DNA from: an uncultured Candidatus Saccharibacteria bacterium
GTDB taxonomy: Bacteria > Patescibacteriota > Saccharimonadia > Saccharimonadales > JANWIN01
Direction: 5' to 3'
Length of the DNA: 51,395 nucleotides
NCBI GenBank assembly: GCA_964652125.1
Contig: CAZZAE010000003.1
Location: 1-51,395 of the forward strand
Both the position numbers and the translations under genes were made by a program. Each line of letters starts with the position of its first letter. The first letter of the stretch is position 1. A model generated the notes under the pieces. That model was not told where the DNA came from. It saw nothing but the letters and a program-made list of their open reading frames with translations, and did not search any database. This document shows positions 27,487 to 36,822 of this stretch, piece after piece.

Positions 27487-30168
27487 TTAGTTTTTCGCTT
27501 TTTTGTCACTACCGGTATAGTTTTTAAAAAAGACTTGTACTTCGGATAAGGCATATTGTTTCCAAGCTGCTTGCCACTGAATCATTTCGATTCCTTGCTT
27601 GTATGAACGTTCCAATGCTGGTGACATGACAGATGAAAAGAATTTTTTATAGTCATCCAAGAACTTTATATCACTGAAAGACCTAGCCACATAAATTGGT
27701 AAGCGGTAAAAACTCATATCGGTTCCTAAGTGCTCTATCAACCAATCCCAGTTTTTTACTAACCATTGCCAGGCTAAATGCTTACCATGTCGGTTGAGCA
27801 AACTGTACACAATCCAGTATGAGGCATCCTGTAAGCGAACATCATCAGTTTTAATTAGATTCAAAGCCTGTTCAATTAACTCAGTTTGTTTAAAACCAGT
27901 TAGGGCGGCAGATAATACTACTCGTTCTTCGCTTAGCGTGGAGCTATTGTGAAGATGCAACAACTTATCGAACTCTGCTTTTCCGCCCAGCCGAACTACT
28001 GTACCGTAAACTGTGCCCCGCAAATCAGGATCAATATCAGAGCCGCGCCTGACTCGGTTTTTTGAAGGAACCTCGCGAAGTTCCGAGGATGGATCATCAT
28101 TATGTACGATTGCCGCAAATAGTTTGAGGCAGCGTTTCACAACTTCTGGTTCATCCGCCGTCGAGGCTATACCTAGAATGATAGGCCTAAGTAGACGATC
28201 GAAATGTGACTCAGTTGATTTGCGCTCCCAACCAATTCTGTTAAGTTGCTGGGACACTAGTGAGCGCATAAAGGGTTTCATAGCCTCTCGTAAATCTTCG
28301 TCATCCATAATTAATCGCAGGGACCCAATCAATGCTGAAATAATATCCCAGACTGCATAGTCTGCCTCCGCATGGAAATTGTCCAAAAAATGAAGGACAT
28401 CGACAGTGTCTGAAAGTCCGGCTTTGGCTGCTTCGGCGGCATCGGCCAGCACACCTAAACGATCACGAGATGACAGTCGACCTCGTCTAATTAGGTTTCC
28501 TAGTTCTTCAAGATGGGAACTGTTATATATTGTTCTATAAAAACCACTTTGACCACGGTTGAGTTTGAACTCGCTGGCATCGTGTATTTTGGCGATTAAC
28601 TTTGAGTCACTAAGTAAATCGGGCATGTCCGTCGTTTCCGCCAGTAATGCCACCGGCCACTTTTGGGCAGGTAAATCACTGTGAGCCGGATTGGCAAAGA
28701 ATCTCTTCTGGTGCAATTCCAACTGGCTACTTCCAACATTAGCTGAAATTAATGGGTAGCCAGGTAGAGTTGTCCAGGCGTTCATAAAACTTTTTACAGG
28801 TTTTTGAGTCACTTCCTCTAGTGCAGCCCACAAATCGCTGGTCGAGGTATTATTATATGCGTGTTTTTTTAAATAGTAGCGTAACCCGGTCTTAAAATCT
28901 TGAGCACCCAAATAATTATTTAGCATATGAATTACACTGGCGCCTTTGGCGTAACTGACAGCATCGAAAATAGTACGGATCTCATCTGGATGATTTACCG
29001 GTGCTTCTATCGGATGGGTATGCTCAAGGGCATCTAACTTAAGAGCTTGCTGTTGTTCATCGACAATAAACTGTGTCCACATCTGCCAATCTGGAAATAA
29101 ATGATCGATTGCTAGATACTCTATCCAACTAGCAAAACCTTCGTTTAACCATAGATCACTCCACCAATGCATAGTAACCAGATTACCAAACCATTGATGA
29201 GCTAATTCATGAGCAACTACTAGGGCAACGTATTGTTTGGTCGCTAGACTAGTATGTTTAGGGTCGACCAGTAATGCTTGTTCTCGGAAAGTTATGCAAC
29301 CCCAGTTTTCCATTGCCCCAGCTCCAAAGTCCGGCAGTGCAATTAAGTCACACTTGGGCAGAGGGTAATCAATATCAAAATAATCACTATAAAAATCTAA
29401 ACACTTGACCGCTGTTTGAAGGGCAAAATCTGTAATTTCTGCTTTGTCCGGTGTGGCGTAAGTTCGGACAATAATGCCGTGTTTGGTTTTTGCCTCCAGG
29501 TATCCAAGCTCACCGTATACAAATGCTAAAAGATACGTCGACATTCTCGGTGTAGTATCGAAACTAGTTATTAAACTTTTGCCCACTTTTTTCTGTGATT
29601 TGATCGGCGTATTAGCAATTACAGTTTCACCAGCCGGTGTAGTAAGGGTTAAATCAAAAGTTGCTTTTGCTTCGGGTTCGTCGATACATGGAAATACTTC
29701 GCGGGCATGATGGCTTTCAAATTGGGTGGCGATTAATTTCTTTGCTTTGCCATGGTATTTAAAGAAACATGGATAGATCCCGTTCATGGGTCGTGTTATT
29801 TTGCCGCTGTATGATACTGTAATCGTGTATTTCCCGGGATAAAGCAGTTCTTCACTATGCAGTCTTAATTCATTGAGTTTTTTATGAGAATTAATGCGAC
29901 TGATTTTAATTGACTTGTCTCCGTTTTTATCATGCCGGGTAATATGCGCCTTGGTTATTTTTAAACCGTTATGGTGTAAGCTAAGTCGTTTGCTTGGACG
30001 GCTAGTTTTTTGGCCAGATATTATTACTGTGCCAGTGAAGGTCATTTTACTGCGGTTGGGTACGATATCGATGATGTAATGCAAGGGTTGAAAGTCACCA
30101 AATAAGCGCTTTACCTTAGTGCCAGACCGCTTGCTGGACACGGTGCGGGTCGGGCTTTTTTTAGTCAT
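27487..30168 (-). CDS. pepN: M1-family aminopeptidase N
   Basis: GAMEN exopeptidase motif, HELAHQWFGN...WLNEGFA zinc site, and an ERAP1-like C-terminal domain. Confidence 0.93.
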   Translation of the reverse strand: MTKKSPTRTVSSKRSGTKVKRLFGDFQPLHYIIDIVPNRSKMTFTGTVIISGQKTSRPSKRLSLHHNGLKITKAHITRHDKNGDKSIKISRINSHKKLNELRLHSEELLYPGKYTITVSYSGKITRPMNGIYPCFFKYHGKAKKLIATQFESHHAREVFPCIDEPEAKATFDLTLTTPAGETVIANTPIKSQKKVGKSLITSFDTTPRMSTYLLAFVYGELGYLEAKTKHGIIVRTYATPDKAEITDFALQTAVKCLDFYSDYFDIDYPLPKCDLIALPDFGAGAMENWGCITFREQALLVDPKHTSLATKQYVALVVAHELAHQWFGNLVTMHWWSDLWLNEGFASWIEYLAIDHLFPDWQMWTQFIVDEQQQALKLDALEHTHPIEAPVNHPDEIRTIFDAVSYAKGASVIHMLNNYLGAQDFKTGLRYYLKKHAYNNTSTSDLWAALEEVTQKPVKSFMNAWTTLPGYPLISANVGSSQLELHQKRFFANPAHSDLPAQKWPVALLAETTDMPDLLSDSKLIAKIHDASEFKLNRGQSGFYRTIYNSSHLEELGNLIRRGRLSSRDRLGVLADAAEAAKAGLSDTVDVLHFLDNFHAEADYAVWDIISALIGSLRLIMDDEDLREAMKPFMRSLVSQQLNRIGWERKSTESHFDRLLRPIILGIASTADEPEVVKRCLKLFAAIVHNDDPSSELREVPSKNRVRRGSDIDPDLRGTVYGTVVRLGGKAEFDKLLHLHNSSTLSEERVVLSAALTGFKQTELIEQALNLIKTDDVRLQDASYWIVYSLLNRHGKHLAWQWLVKNWDWLIEHLGTDMSFYRLPIYVARSFSDIKFLDDYKKFFSSVMSPALERSYKQGIEMIQWQAAWKQYALSEVQVFFKNYTGSDKKAKN

Positions 30169-30175
30169 TAACTTA

Positions 30176-30184
30176 ATTTTAACA
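30176..30184 (-). promoter_or_regulatory. extended -10 (TGtTAAAAT) 7 nt upstream of the pepN ATG
   Basis: The minus strand reads TGTTAAAAT-taagtta-ATG. No SD. Confidence 0.45.
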
Positions 30185-30201
30185 TGTTTTAAGGTGTAAA
30201 A

Positions 30202-30230
30202 TTGACAATTCCAGCGTCCTGGGATAAGCT
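30202..30230 (+). promoter_or_regulatory. sigma70-type promoter for nusA (TTGACA-17-TAAGCT)
   Basis: -35 at 30202..30207 and -10 at 30225..30230. Predicts an approximately 85-nt leader ending in an ATAGGAGA RBS. Confidence 0.45.
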
Positions 30231-30321
30231 ATTTGGGTAAATGTCGGCCGCAAGGTCGGCTTTTTTCATGCCCATTAGACAATCCAAATAAAGCCAAAAC
30301 AACGAAATAGGAGATTAAATT

Positions 30322-31494
30322 ATGGAACTTGATATGAAACAATTAGCTCTGGCAATACGAGCTATCGCTGAGGAAAAAAACTTGCCCGAGGAAACGGTAC
30401 AAGAAGTTGTAGAGCAAGCACTAGCTGCTGCCTACCGACGTGATTATGGTGATCGCGAACAAGAAGTTCGCGTAACCATGAATTTAAACAGTGGAGAAGT
30501 CGATGCATACATTGGCAAGGAAGTTGTTGATGAGGTTAGCGACCCTCGCTTTGAATTAAGTCTGGCTCAAGCTCAACTAGTGCGTAAAAATGCTAAAGTT
30601 GGTGAAACCGTTGAAATACATGAAAAAGTTACAAATTTTGGACGAGTCGCCGCTCAAACTGCTAAGCAAGTTATTCTTCAACGTTTACGTGAAGCTGAGC
30701 GGGAAATCGTCATGGTCGAATATGAAGATAAAATCGGTACCCTTATTAATGGAATTGTTAGCCGGGTAGAAGGTAATATTATTCGAGTTGATTTAGGAAA
30801 AGCCCAGGGTATTATGCCCAAAAGTGAACAGATTCAAGGCGAGCGTTACTATCCTGGCCAACGCCTGAAAGTATTCTTAAAAGATGTCGAGCGAAGTTTC
30901 CGCGGGCCACAACTAGTTGTCAGCCGTGGAAATAATCAATTCGTGGAGTGGTTGTTTCGGGCTGAAGTACCAGAAATGGAAAATGGAGCGGTCGAAATTA
31001 AGAATATAGCTCGTGAAGCGGGAGTGCGTAGCAAGATTGCGGTTAGTAGTACGGTACCAGGCGTTGATCCGGTTGGTACTTTTGTTGGTGGCCATGGAAC
31101 TCGGGTTAATGCTGTTATGGGCGAAATTGGAGAGCAAGAGAAGATAGATATCGTAGTTTGGAATGACGATACCAAAACTTATATAACCAATGCTCTGAGT
31201 CCAACTAAAGTCACTAAAGTTACTTTAGACGAAAAGAACAAGCGCGCCACTGTAGTTGTCCCCGAGGATCAACTCAGCATTGCTATCGGCAAAAGTGGCC
31301 AAAATGTTCGCTTAGCAAGTAAGTTAAGCGGTTACGATATAGATATTGTTAGTGAAGAAACTGGTCAAAAGCCGGAGAAAACTGCAGAAACAATCCCTGA
31401 AACACCTAAGCAAGCTCCAAAACTCAAAAAGAAAGAACAGCTGGAAAGTAGTCTTTTGGAAGCTATTGAAGAGCACGGAACCGAAAACAAATAG
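30322..31494 (+). CDS. nusA: transcription termination/antitermination factor NusA
   Basis: N-terminal domain, S1 domain (RVDLGKAQGIMPKSEQ) and two KH domains (GPQLVVSR; IGKSGQNVRLAS). No AR repeats. Confidence 0.94.
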   Translation: MELDMKQLALAIRAIAEEKNLPEETVQEVVEQALAAAYRRDYGDREQEVRVTMNLNSGEVDAYIGKEVVDEVSDPRFELSLAQAQLVRKNAKVGETVEIHEKVTNFGRVAAQTAKQVILQRLREAEREIVMVEYEDKIGTLINGIVSRVEGNIIRVDLGKAQGIMPKSEQIQGERYYPGQRLKVFLKDVERSFRGPQLVVSRGNNQFVEWLFRAEVPEMENGAVEIKNIAREAGVRSKIAVSSTVPGVDPVGTFVGGHGTRVNAVMGEIGEQEKIDIVVWNDDTKTYITNALSPTKVTKVTLDEKNKRATVVVPEDQLSIAIGKSGQNVRLASKLSGYDIDIVSEETGQKPEKTAETIPETPKQAPKLKKKEQLESSLLEAIEEHGTENK

Positions 31495-31513
31495 TTGCCA
31501 AAAGGGACCTTAA

Positions 31514-31540
31514 TTAGCACTCTTGACATGCGAGTGCCAG
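31514..31540 (+). promoter_or_regulatory. CIRCE-like inverted repeat (HrcA operator-type) upstream of clpC
   Basis: TTAGCACTC-N9-GAGTGCCAG versus the consensus TTAGCACTC-N9-GAGTGCTAA (16 of 18 arm positions). The spacer starts with TTGACA. Confidence 0.7.
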
Positions 31541-31552
31541 TTTGTGTATCAT
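31523..31552 (+). promoter_or_regulatory. clpC promoter TTGACA-18-TATCAT overlapped by CIRCE
   Basis: The -35 lies inside the CIRCE spacer. The -10 is at 31547..31552. Confidence 0.45.
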
Positions 31553-31604
31553 AGATTATAGGCAGTACATATAAAAATACGGCCAGAAGTGGGATAATAA
31601 TCAA

Positions 31605-34082
31605 ATGATGCCAAATAGCCCTGATTTTCAGGAATTCTCAAATCACCTAACCGATAATGCTCGGCAAAGTCTACGTCATGCAGAGTCAATTGCCCGAGGT
31701 TTTGGTAGTCCTTATGTAGGGACCGAACACTTATTGCTTGGACTACTAGCTCAAGATTCTTCAATGGGTTCCAAAATATTGGAGGGCGCCGGCATAACCC
31801 TTGCCCGTGCCCGCTTAGCCCTTAATCTAACGCCGAAAACTCTAGTTATTAATATGGGAGCCAAGGGGCTTAGTGAGACAGCTAAACTTACTTTAAAAAT
31901 GGCTTATGAAGTCGCTCGAGACTTTAACCAGGATTACTGTGGCACCGAGCATATTTTGTACGCTATATTGAATCAAAAGAATGCCCGAGCTACTATTTTG
32001 GTGCGTGATATGAATATCGATGTTGATCGCCTACTTGGCGAGTTAGAACAATTCCTAAACCGACAACAGTACGAAGACAATGATGCTACGGGTACTCATA
32101 GGCGAGGTAAACAGCGCCGCAAAACAGCTATAGATTTTTATGGTACCGATTTAACTCTCCAAGCCCGTGAAGGCAAATTAGACCCAGTCGTTGGTCGTGA
32201 ACCTCAGATCCGAAGAGTTATTACGATCCTTAACCGGCGCACTAAAAACAACCCAGTACTAATTGGTGAACCTGGTGTTGGTAAAACAGCCATTGTTGAA
32301 GGTTTGGCTCAAAGAATTGTTGCTGAAGATGTACCTGATGGTCTTCTGGACAAACGAATTGTCATGTTAGACCTTGCTGGAATGGTAGCTGGTACAAAAT
32401 ATCGTGGTGAGTTTGAAGAACGACTTAAAAAAGTAATGTCTGAACTAGAAAATGATAAAAAAACTATTGTCTTTATTGACGAGCTACACTTAATTGTAGG
32501 TGCTGGTGCGGCTGAAGGTGCTATGGATGCAGGTAATATCCTAAAACCCGCCCTGTCTCGTGGCAAGATTCAAGTTATTGGCGCCACGACTACCGCCGAG
32601 TATTCCAAACATATAGAAAAAGATGCTGCTCTAGAGCGACGCTTCCAGCCTATTCAAGTTCCTGAGGCCACGGTGCCAGAGACCCTAGCTATATTAAAAG
32701 GTCTGCGCAAACACTATGAATCTTTTCATAATGTTAGTGTTAACGATGATGTTTTGGCAGATATTGTTGGACTGGCAAAACGTTATGTAAACGATAGATT
32801 TATGCCCGACAAGGCCATTGACTTGCTAGATGAAACATCAGCTTATCTTAGGGTGGATAAGGGTAAAACTCCTCCTGAAGTGCGCAAGCTACAAAAAGAG
32901 CTAAAACTTGTTAATACCCGTAAAGAAGAAGCTGGCGATGCTGAAGATTATGAGAAAGCTGCTCGTTACAAAACCAGGGCGAGTCAGATTAACGAAGCCC
33001 TGAAGAAGCTACATGCCAGTGGTAAAGCCGTAAATAAACTAACAATGTCCAGTGATGATGTCGCTGAAGTAGTAGCTAGAATGACTGGAGTGCCAGTCAG
33101 AAAAGTAATACGTTCCGAGGCTAAGTATTTGCTAAATCTAGAGAAAACACTTAGTCGCTACGTCATCGGCCAAGATGAAGCCGTTAAAGCAGTGGCACAA
33201 GCTGTTAGGCGTAATCGCATGGGTTTGAGCAGTGGGACACGCCCAATCGGGTCTTTCATTTTCTTAGGACCTACTGGGGTTGGTAAAACTGAACTGGCTC
33301 GAGTTTTGGCCCGTGAGTTTTTTGGAAGCGCTGAAGCCCTGGTAAAAATTGATATGAGCGAGTTTGGTGAACACCACACGGTAGCTCGCCTTGTTGGTGC
33401 CCCGGCGGGATATGTCGGTTATGATGACGGCGGTCAATTGACTGACAAGATTCGTCGCCAGCCTTATAGTTTGGTTTTGTTTGATGAAATTGAAAAAGCC
33501 CACCCGGAAGTATTTAATATGCTCCTTCAGATTCTAGAGGATGGAGTGTTAACCGACGCCAAGGGTCGTAAAATTGACTTCACAAACACCATTGTCATTA
33601 TGACCAGCAATATTGGTGCCCAGAAATTACAAAAAGAAGCCAGTTTAGGCTTCCATGCGTCCAGTCACGACGATATTAAAGATCTTGACGGTTTACATAC
33701 AATGAATAAAAGCAAAGTAATGGATGATTTGAAGAAAACTATGCGTCCAGAATTACTAAACCGCATAGACAAGACAATTGTATTTCGAGCGCTAACTAAA
33801 AAAGATGTCTATAGAATTTTAGACTTGCAGATTGAAGAATTACGCCAGCGGCTAGTTAAACATGGTATAGGTTTAGAACTAACATCTGCAGCTAAACAGC
33901 ATCTTATTGACGAAGGTTACGATGCCCATAATGGTGTCCGGCCACTGAGACGCTTGTTGCAAGACACTATTGAAGATCATATTGCCCTGGATATGCTAGA
34001 TAGTCGATATCTAAAAGGCGATATTGTCCAAGTAGGTGTTCGTGACAAAGCCCTAAATTATTCGACTGCCCAGGAATCTTAA
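31605..34082 (+). CDS. clpC: ATP-dependent Clp protease ATP-binding subunit, ClpC type
   Basis: Clp N repeats, two AAA+ modules (GEPGVGKTA; GPTGVGKTE), a short UVR-like middle domain ([16 protein letters not shown]) and a ClpP-docking LGF loop. Confidence 0.92.
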   Translation: MMPNSPDFQEFSNHLTDNARQSLRHAESIARGFGSPYVGTEHLLLGLLAQDSSMGSKILEGAGITLARARLALNLTPKTLVINMGAKGLSETAKLTLKMAYEVARDFNQDYCGTEHILYAILNQKNARATILVRDMNIDVDRLLGELEQFLNRQQYEDNDATGTHRRGKQRRKTAIDFYGTDLTLQAREGKLDPVVGREPQIRRVITILNRRTKNNPVLIGEPGVGKTAIVEGLAQRIVAEDVPDGLLDKRIVMLDLAGMVAGTKYRGEFEERLKKVMSELENDKKTIVFIDELHLIVGAGAAEGAMDAGNILKPALSRGKIQVIGATTTAEYSKHIEKDAALERRFQPIQVPEATVPETLAILKGLRKHYESFHNVSVNDDVLADIVGLAKRYVNDRFMPDKAIDLLDETSAYLRVDKGKTPPEVRKLQKELKLVNTRKEEAGDAEDYEKAARYKTRASQINEALKKLHASGKAVNKLTMSSDDVAEVVARMTGVPVRKVIRSEAKYLLNLEKTLSRYVIGQDEAVKAVAQAVRRNRMGLSSGTRPIGSFIFLGPTGVGKTELARVLAREFFGSAEALVKIDMSEFGEHHTVARLVGAPAGYVGYDDGGQLTDKIRRQPYSLVLFDEIEKAHPEVFNMLLQILEDGVLTDAKGRKIDFTNTIVIMTSNIGAQKLQKEASLGFHASSHDDIKDLDGLHTMNKSKVMDDLKKTMRPELLNRIDKTIVFRALTKKDVYRILDLQIEELRQRLVKHGIGLELTSAAKQHLIDEGYDAHNGVRPLRRLLQDTIEDHIALDMLDSRYLKGDIVQVGVRDKALNYSTAQES

Positions 34083-34130
34083 ATTAATAGTTAAACTATA
34101 ATATTTTTGGAATGAAGGAAAGTAACTAAA

Positions 34131-34439
34131 GTGTTTAACTGCGACTCTAAAGGTATCGGTGAGCTTAGGGAGCCAATTTTAAGTCACGAGGGATATAAAT
34201 TCTATGGTAGAGCAAGTTTTTTAGGATTCATTAGTGTCTTTTCTTATTCAATGATGAATCTTAACTTTCATCATTCTCATGGTCCGGGAAGAGCTTTATA
34301 TTTAAGCGCTTTTACACTGACAGGAGCATCAGCAGCTTTTTTTAATTTAGGTTCAATTATTACGGATCCAACCTTAGAAGATGGCAATCCAAATCCAGCT
34401 CCAGTCGTTGATTCACTAATTTATGAAGACAGTGTCTAA
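34131..34439 (+). CDS. hypothetical small protein with hydrophobic segments
   Basis: GTG start with a GAAGGAAAG RBS. TATAAT about 35 nt upstream. 102 aa. Confidence 0.4.
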   Translation: MFNCDSKGIGELREPILSHEGYKFYGRASFLGFISVFSYSMMNLNFHHSHGPGRALYLSAFTLTGASAAFFNLGSIITDPTLEDGNPNPAPVVDSLIYEDSV

Positions 34440-34449
34440 GTCACTATTT

Positions 34450-34458
34450 TGCTATACT
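34450..34458 (+). promoter_or_regulatory. extended -10 (TGcTATACT) 6 nt upstream of GTG 34465
   Basis: TGCTATACT-aattga-GTG. Confidence 0.35.
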
Positions 34459-34464
34459 AATTGA

Positions 34465-35448
34465 GTGAATATATCTAGAAAACTCGGTAAACTTCTATTT
34501 AGTTTAGGGTTTATTTTAGTACTGTTAATCACATGGTTTCATCGCCAAAACTTGTATGATTGGTATCGGCTCAGAAACTACAATCCTCCAGCTTCGGTGG
34601 TTCAACTAGCCAGTTTAACAACTATGACAGACTATGCCCGTCATCTTTTCTATGTTAATCGTCCAGTGATTGAAGACAAGGCTAGTTTTAATCAAGATTG
34701 TCCAAATAACGGTGGAGAACAAACTATTATTTTAGGCTGTTATCATGACCGCGAAACTGGGATATTTTTATATAACGTCAGCGACCCCAAATTAGCTGGG
34801 GTTGTGCAAGTTACCGCAGCACATGAGGCTCTGCACGCCATCTATGATCGTCTTAGTATCCATGATCGAAATTATGTTGACGGTTTACTTCAAGATTATT
34901 ATAAGCATGGGTTGCACGATAAACGACTTCTAGATACTATCGCCGCTTATAAGAAGTCTGAACCGGATGCAGTTGTGAATGAAATGCACTCGGTATTTGG
35001 AACTGAAGTAGCTAATTTACCGCCAAAGCTGGAAGCCTACTACAAACACTATTTCGCGAACCGCAGCAAAGTTGTTGCCTATTCTATGAAATACCAACAA
35101 GCTTTTACCAGCCGACAGGCGAGAGCTGCAGCACTACTAGCCCAAATACAAAGCCTGGCAGCTCAACTTGGTAGCATGCAAGCTCAAATAGATAGTGAAG
35201 CCAGTCAATTATCTACTAAAAGGCAAGCTTTAGAATCTGAGCGAAATTCATTAGATGCCAGAAACTATAATGCTCAAGTTGATGCCTATAATGCTGAGGT
35301 TCAGCAATATAAAAATCTAATTGCAACTTACAATCAGCTAGTCCAGCAACACAATCAACTTGTTAGCCAATATCAAGCTATTACACTTGAGGAAAATCAG
35401 CTTATAAAAGCTATTGATAGTCGCACCTCCACCGTGAATAGTCAATAA
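34465..35448 (+). CDS. membrane-anchored hypothetical protein with an HExxH motif and a Q-rich coiled coil
   Basis: N-terminal TM segment (LLFSLGFILVLLITWF), AAHEALHAIYD, a later NEMHS...GTE, and C-terminal heptad-like Q/A/L repeats. Confidence 0.55.
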   Translation: MNISRKLGKLLFSLGFILVLLITWFHRQNLYDWYRLRNYNPPASVVQLASLTTMTDYARHLFYVNRPVIEDKASFNQDCPNNGGEQTIILGCYHDRETGIFLYNVSDPKLAGVVQVTAAHEALHAIYDRLSIHDRNYVDGLLQDYYKHGLHDKRLLDTIAAYKKSEPDAVVNEMHSVFGTEVANLPPKLEAYYKHYFANRSKVVAYSMKYQQAFTSRQARAAALLAQIQSLAAQLGSMQAQIDSEASQLSTKRQALESERNSLDARNYNAQVDAYNAEVQQYKNLIATYNQLVQQHNQLVSQYQAITLEENQLIKAIDSRTSTVNSQ

Positions 35449-35457
35449 TGATAAACT
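35449..35457 (+). promoter_or_regulatory. extended -10 (TGaTAAACT) 9 nt upstream of the radA ATG
   Basis: TGATAAACT-acttctaat-ATG at 35467. Confidence 0.35.
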
Positions 35458-35466
35458 ACTTCTAAT

Positions 35467-36816
35467 ATGGCAAGAAAAAACTCGGTTCGATTTGTGTGCA
35501 GCAATTGTGGGGCAATAAGTGCCACCTGGTCAGGGCGCTGCTTTCAATGCGGCGAATGGAATACTCTGGAGGAGCAAATTGATGTTGCGACTGGAAGTGC
35601 TGGAATCGGTGGCAAAACTCTAGAGGCCAAGAGCGTTGCAAACTTAGCAAAAACAGACAAATTGAAGCGCTTATCAACAGGAATAAGTGAAGTTGACACT
35701 GTTCTGGGTGGAGGGTTTGTCGCTGGCAGCGTAACTCTAATAGCTGGTCAACCGGGTATCGGCAAAAGTACTTTGCTGTTACAACTTGCAGACGCCATTG
35801 CCAAAACACAAGCAGTTATATATATAAGTGGCGAAGAATCTCCTCATCAAATAGGACTTCGGGCCCAGCGCTTAGGAGCTGGACATCCCTCCTTGAAATT
35901 AGCAACAGCCAATGATGCTGATGGTATTGCAGCTACTATTGCAACCGGACAGTATAAATTAGTAATAGTTGACTCTATTCAAACGGTGACTGTCAGTGCT
36001 ATTGCCTCATCTGCCGGAACGGTAAGTCAGATAACTAACAGCACTAGATTGCTAAGTGCGGCAGCTAAACATACAAATACAGCCCTAATATTAGTTGGTC
36101 ATGTAACTAAAGAAGGCTCAATTGCAGGACCAAAAGTTTTGGAGCATGTAGTTGACGTAGTATTACAGCTAGAAGGTGATCGTTATGGCGGCTTCAAAGT
36201 TCTTCGCGGTGAGAAAAACCGCTACGGCTCCACTAATGAGGCTGGTATTTTTGAAATGGCAGACAATGGCCTAAGACCTGTAGCTAACCCCTCAGCTGCC
36301 CTACTGGCAGAGAGGCAAATAAGTGATGGTTCGGTAGTCCTGGCCACGATTGAGGGCTCTAGACCACTCTTAGTCGAAGTCCAGGCCTTAGTAAATCGCA
36401 CCAGCTATGGTTATCCCAAGCGTGCTGCCAGCGGCATAGATCTTAACCGAGTTAATCTTTTGATTGCAATGTTGGAGCGACGTACTAAACTCAATTTAGC
36501 CGACCAAGATATATACGTGAATATAGTGGGCGGAATCCGTATTAGCGAACCCGCGGCTGACTTAGCTGTCTGTATGGCTATAGCCAGTGCTGCTAAGGGC
36601 ATGCAGCTAAAGAAAAACGCTGTCGTATTTGGTGAAGTTGGTCTGAGCGGAGAGGTACGTCATGTACCTTTTATAGACAAGCGTACCGCCGAAGCTAAGA
36701 AACTAGGTTTTGATGGTGCTATTGGGCCAGTTATCAAGACAGGTTCCAAACCAGCTAAGCTGTTTGGTGTACGAGATGTACGTAGTGCCCTGAATCAATT
36801 TCTAGAAAAAGACTAA
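35467..36816 (+). CDS. radA: DNA repair protein RadA/Sms
   Basis: Zinc finger CSNCG..W.GRCFQCGEWN, Walker A GQPGIGKSTLLLQ, the KNRYGSTNE motif and a Lon-like C-terminal domain. Confidence 0.95.
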   Translation: MARKNSVRFVCSNCGAISATWSGRCFQCGEWNTLEEQIDVATGSAGIGGKTLEAKSVANLAKTDKLKRLSTGISEVDTVLGGGFVAGSVTLIAGQPGIGKSTLLLQLADAIAKTQAVIYISGEESPHQIGLRAQRLGAGHPSLKLATANDADGIAATIATGQYKLVIVDSIQTVTVSAIASSAGTVSQITNSTRLLSAAAKHTNTALILVGHVTKEGSIAGPKVLEHVVDVVLQLEGDRYGGFKVLRGEKNRYGSTNEAGIFEMADNGLRPVANPSAALLAERQISDGSVVLATIEGSRPLLVEVQALVNRTSYGYPKRAASGIDLNRVNLLIAMLERRTKLNLADQDIYVNIVGGIRISEPAADLAVCMAIASAAKGMQLKKNAVVFGEVGLSGEVRHVPFIDKRTAEAKKLGFDGAIGPVIKTGSKPAKLFGVRDVRSALNQFLEKD

Positions 36817-36822
36817 AAAAAT

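Noticed and set aside
30202-30208. The palindromic aTTGACAAt, considered as a shared -35 for the divergent pepN and nusA promoters
   Set aside because: For pepN the spacer to its -10 would be 21 nt. The pepN extended -10 does not need a -35, so sharing is not supported.
34083-34115. ATAGT-taa-ACTAT hairpin plus a T-run after clpC, considered as a terminator
   Set aside because: It is a 5-bp all-A/T stem. The same sequence supplies the TATAAT box for the next ORF.
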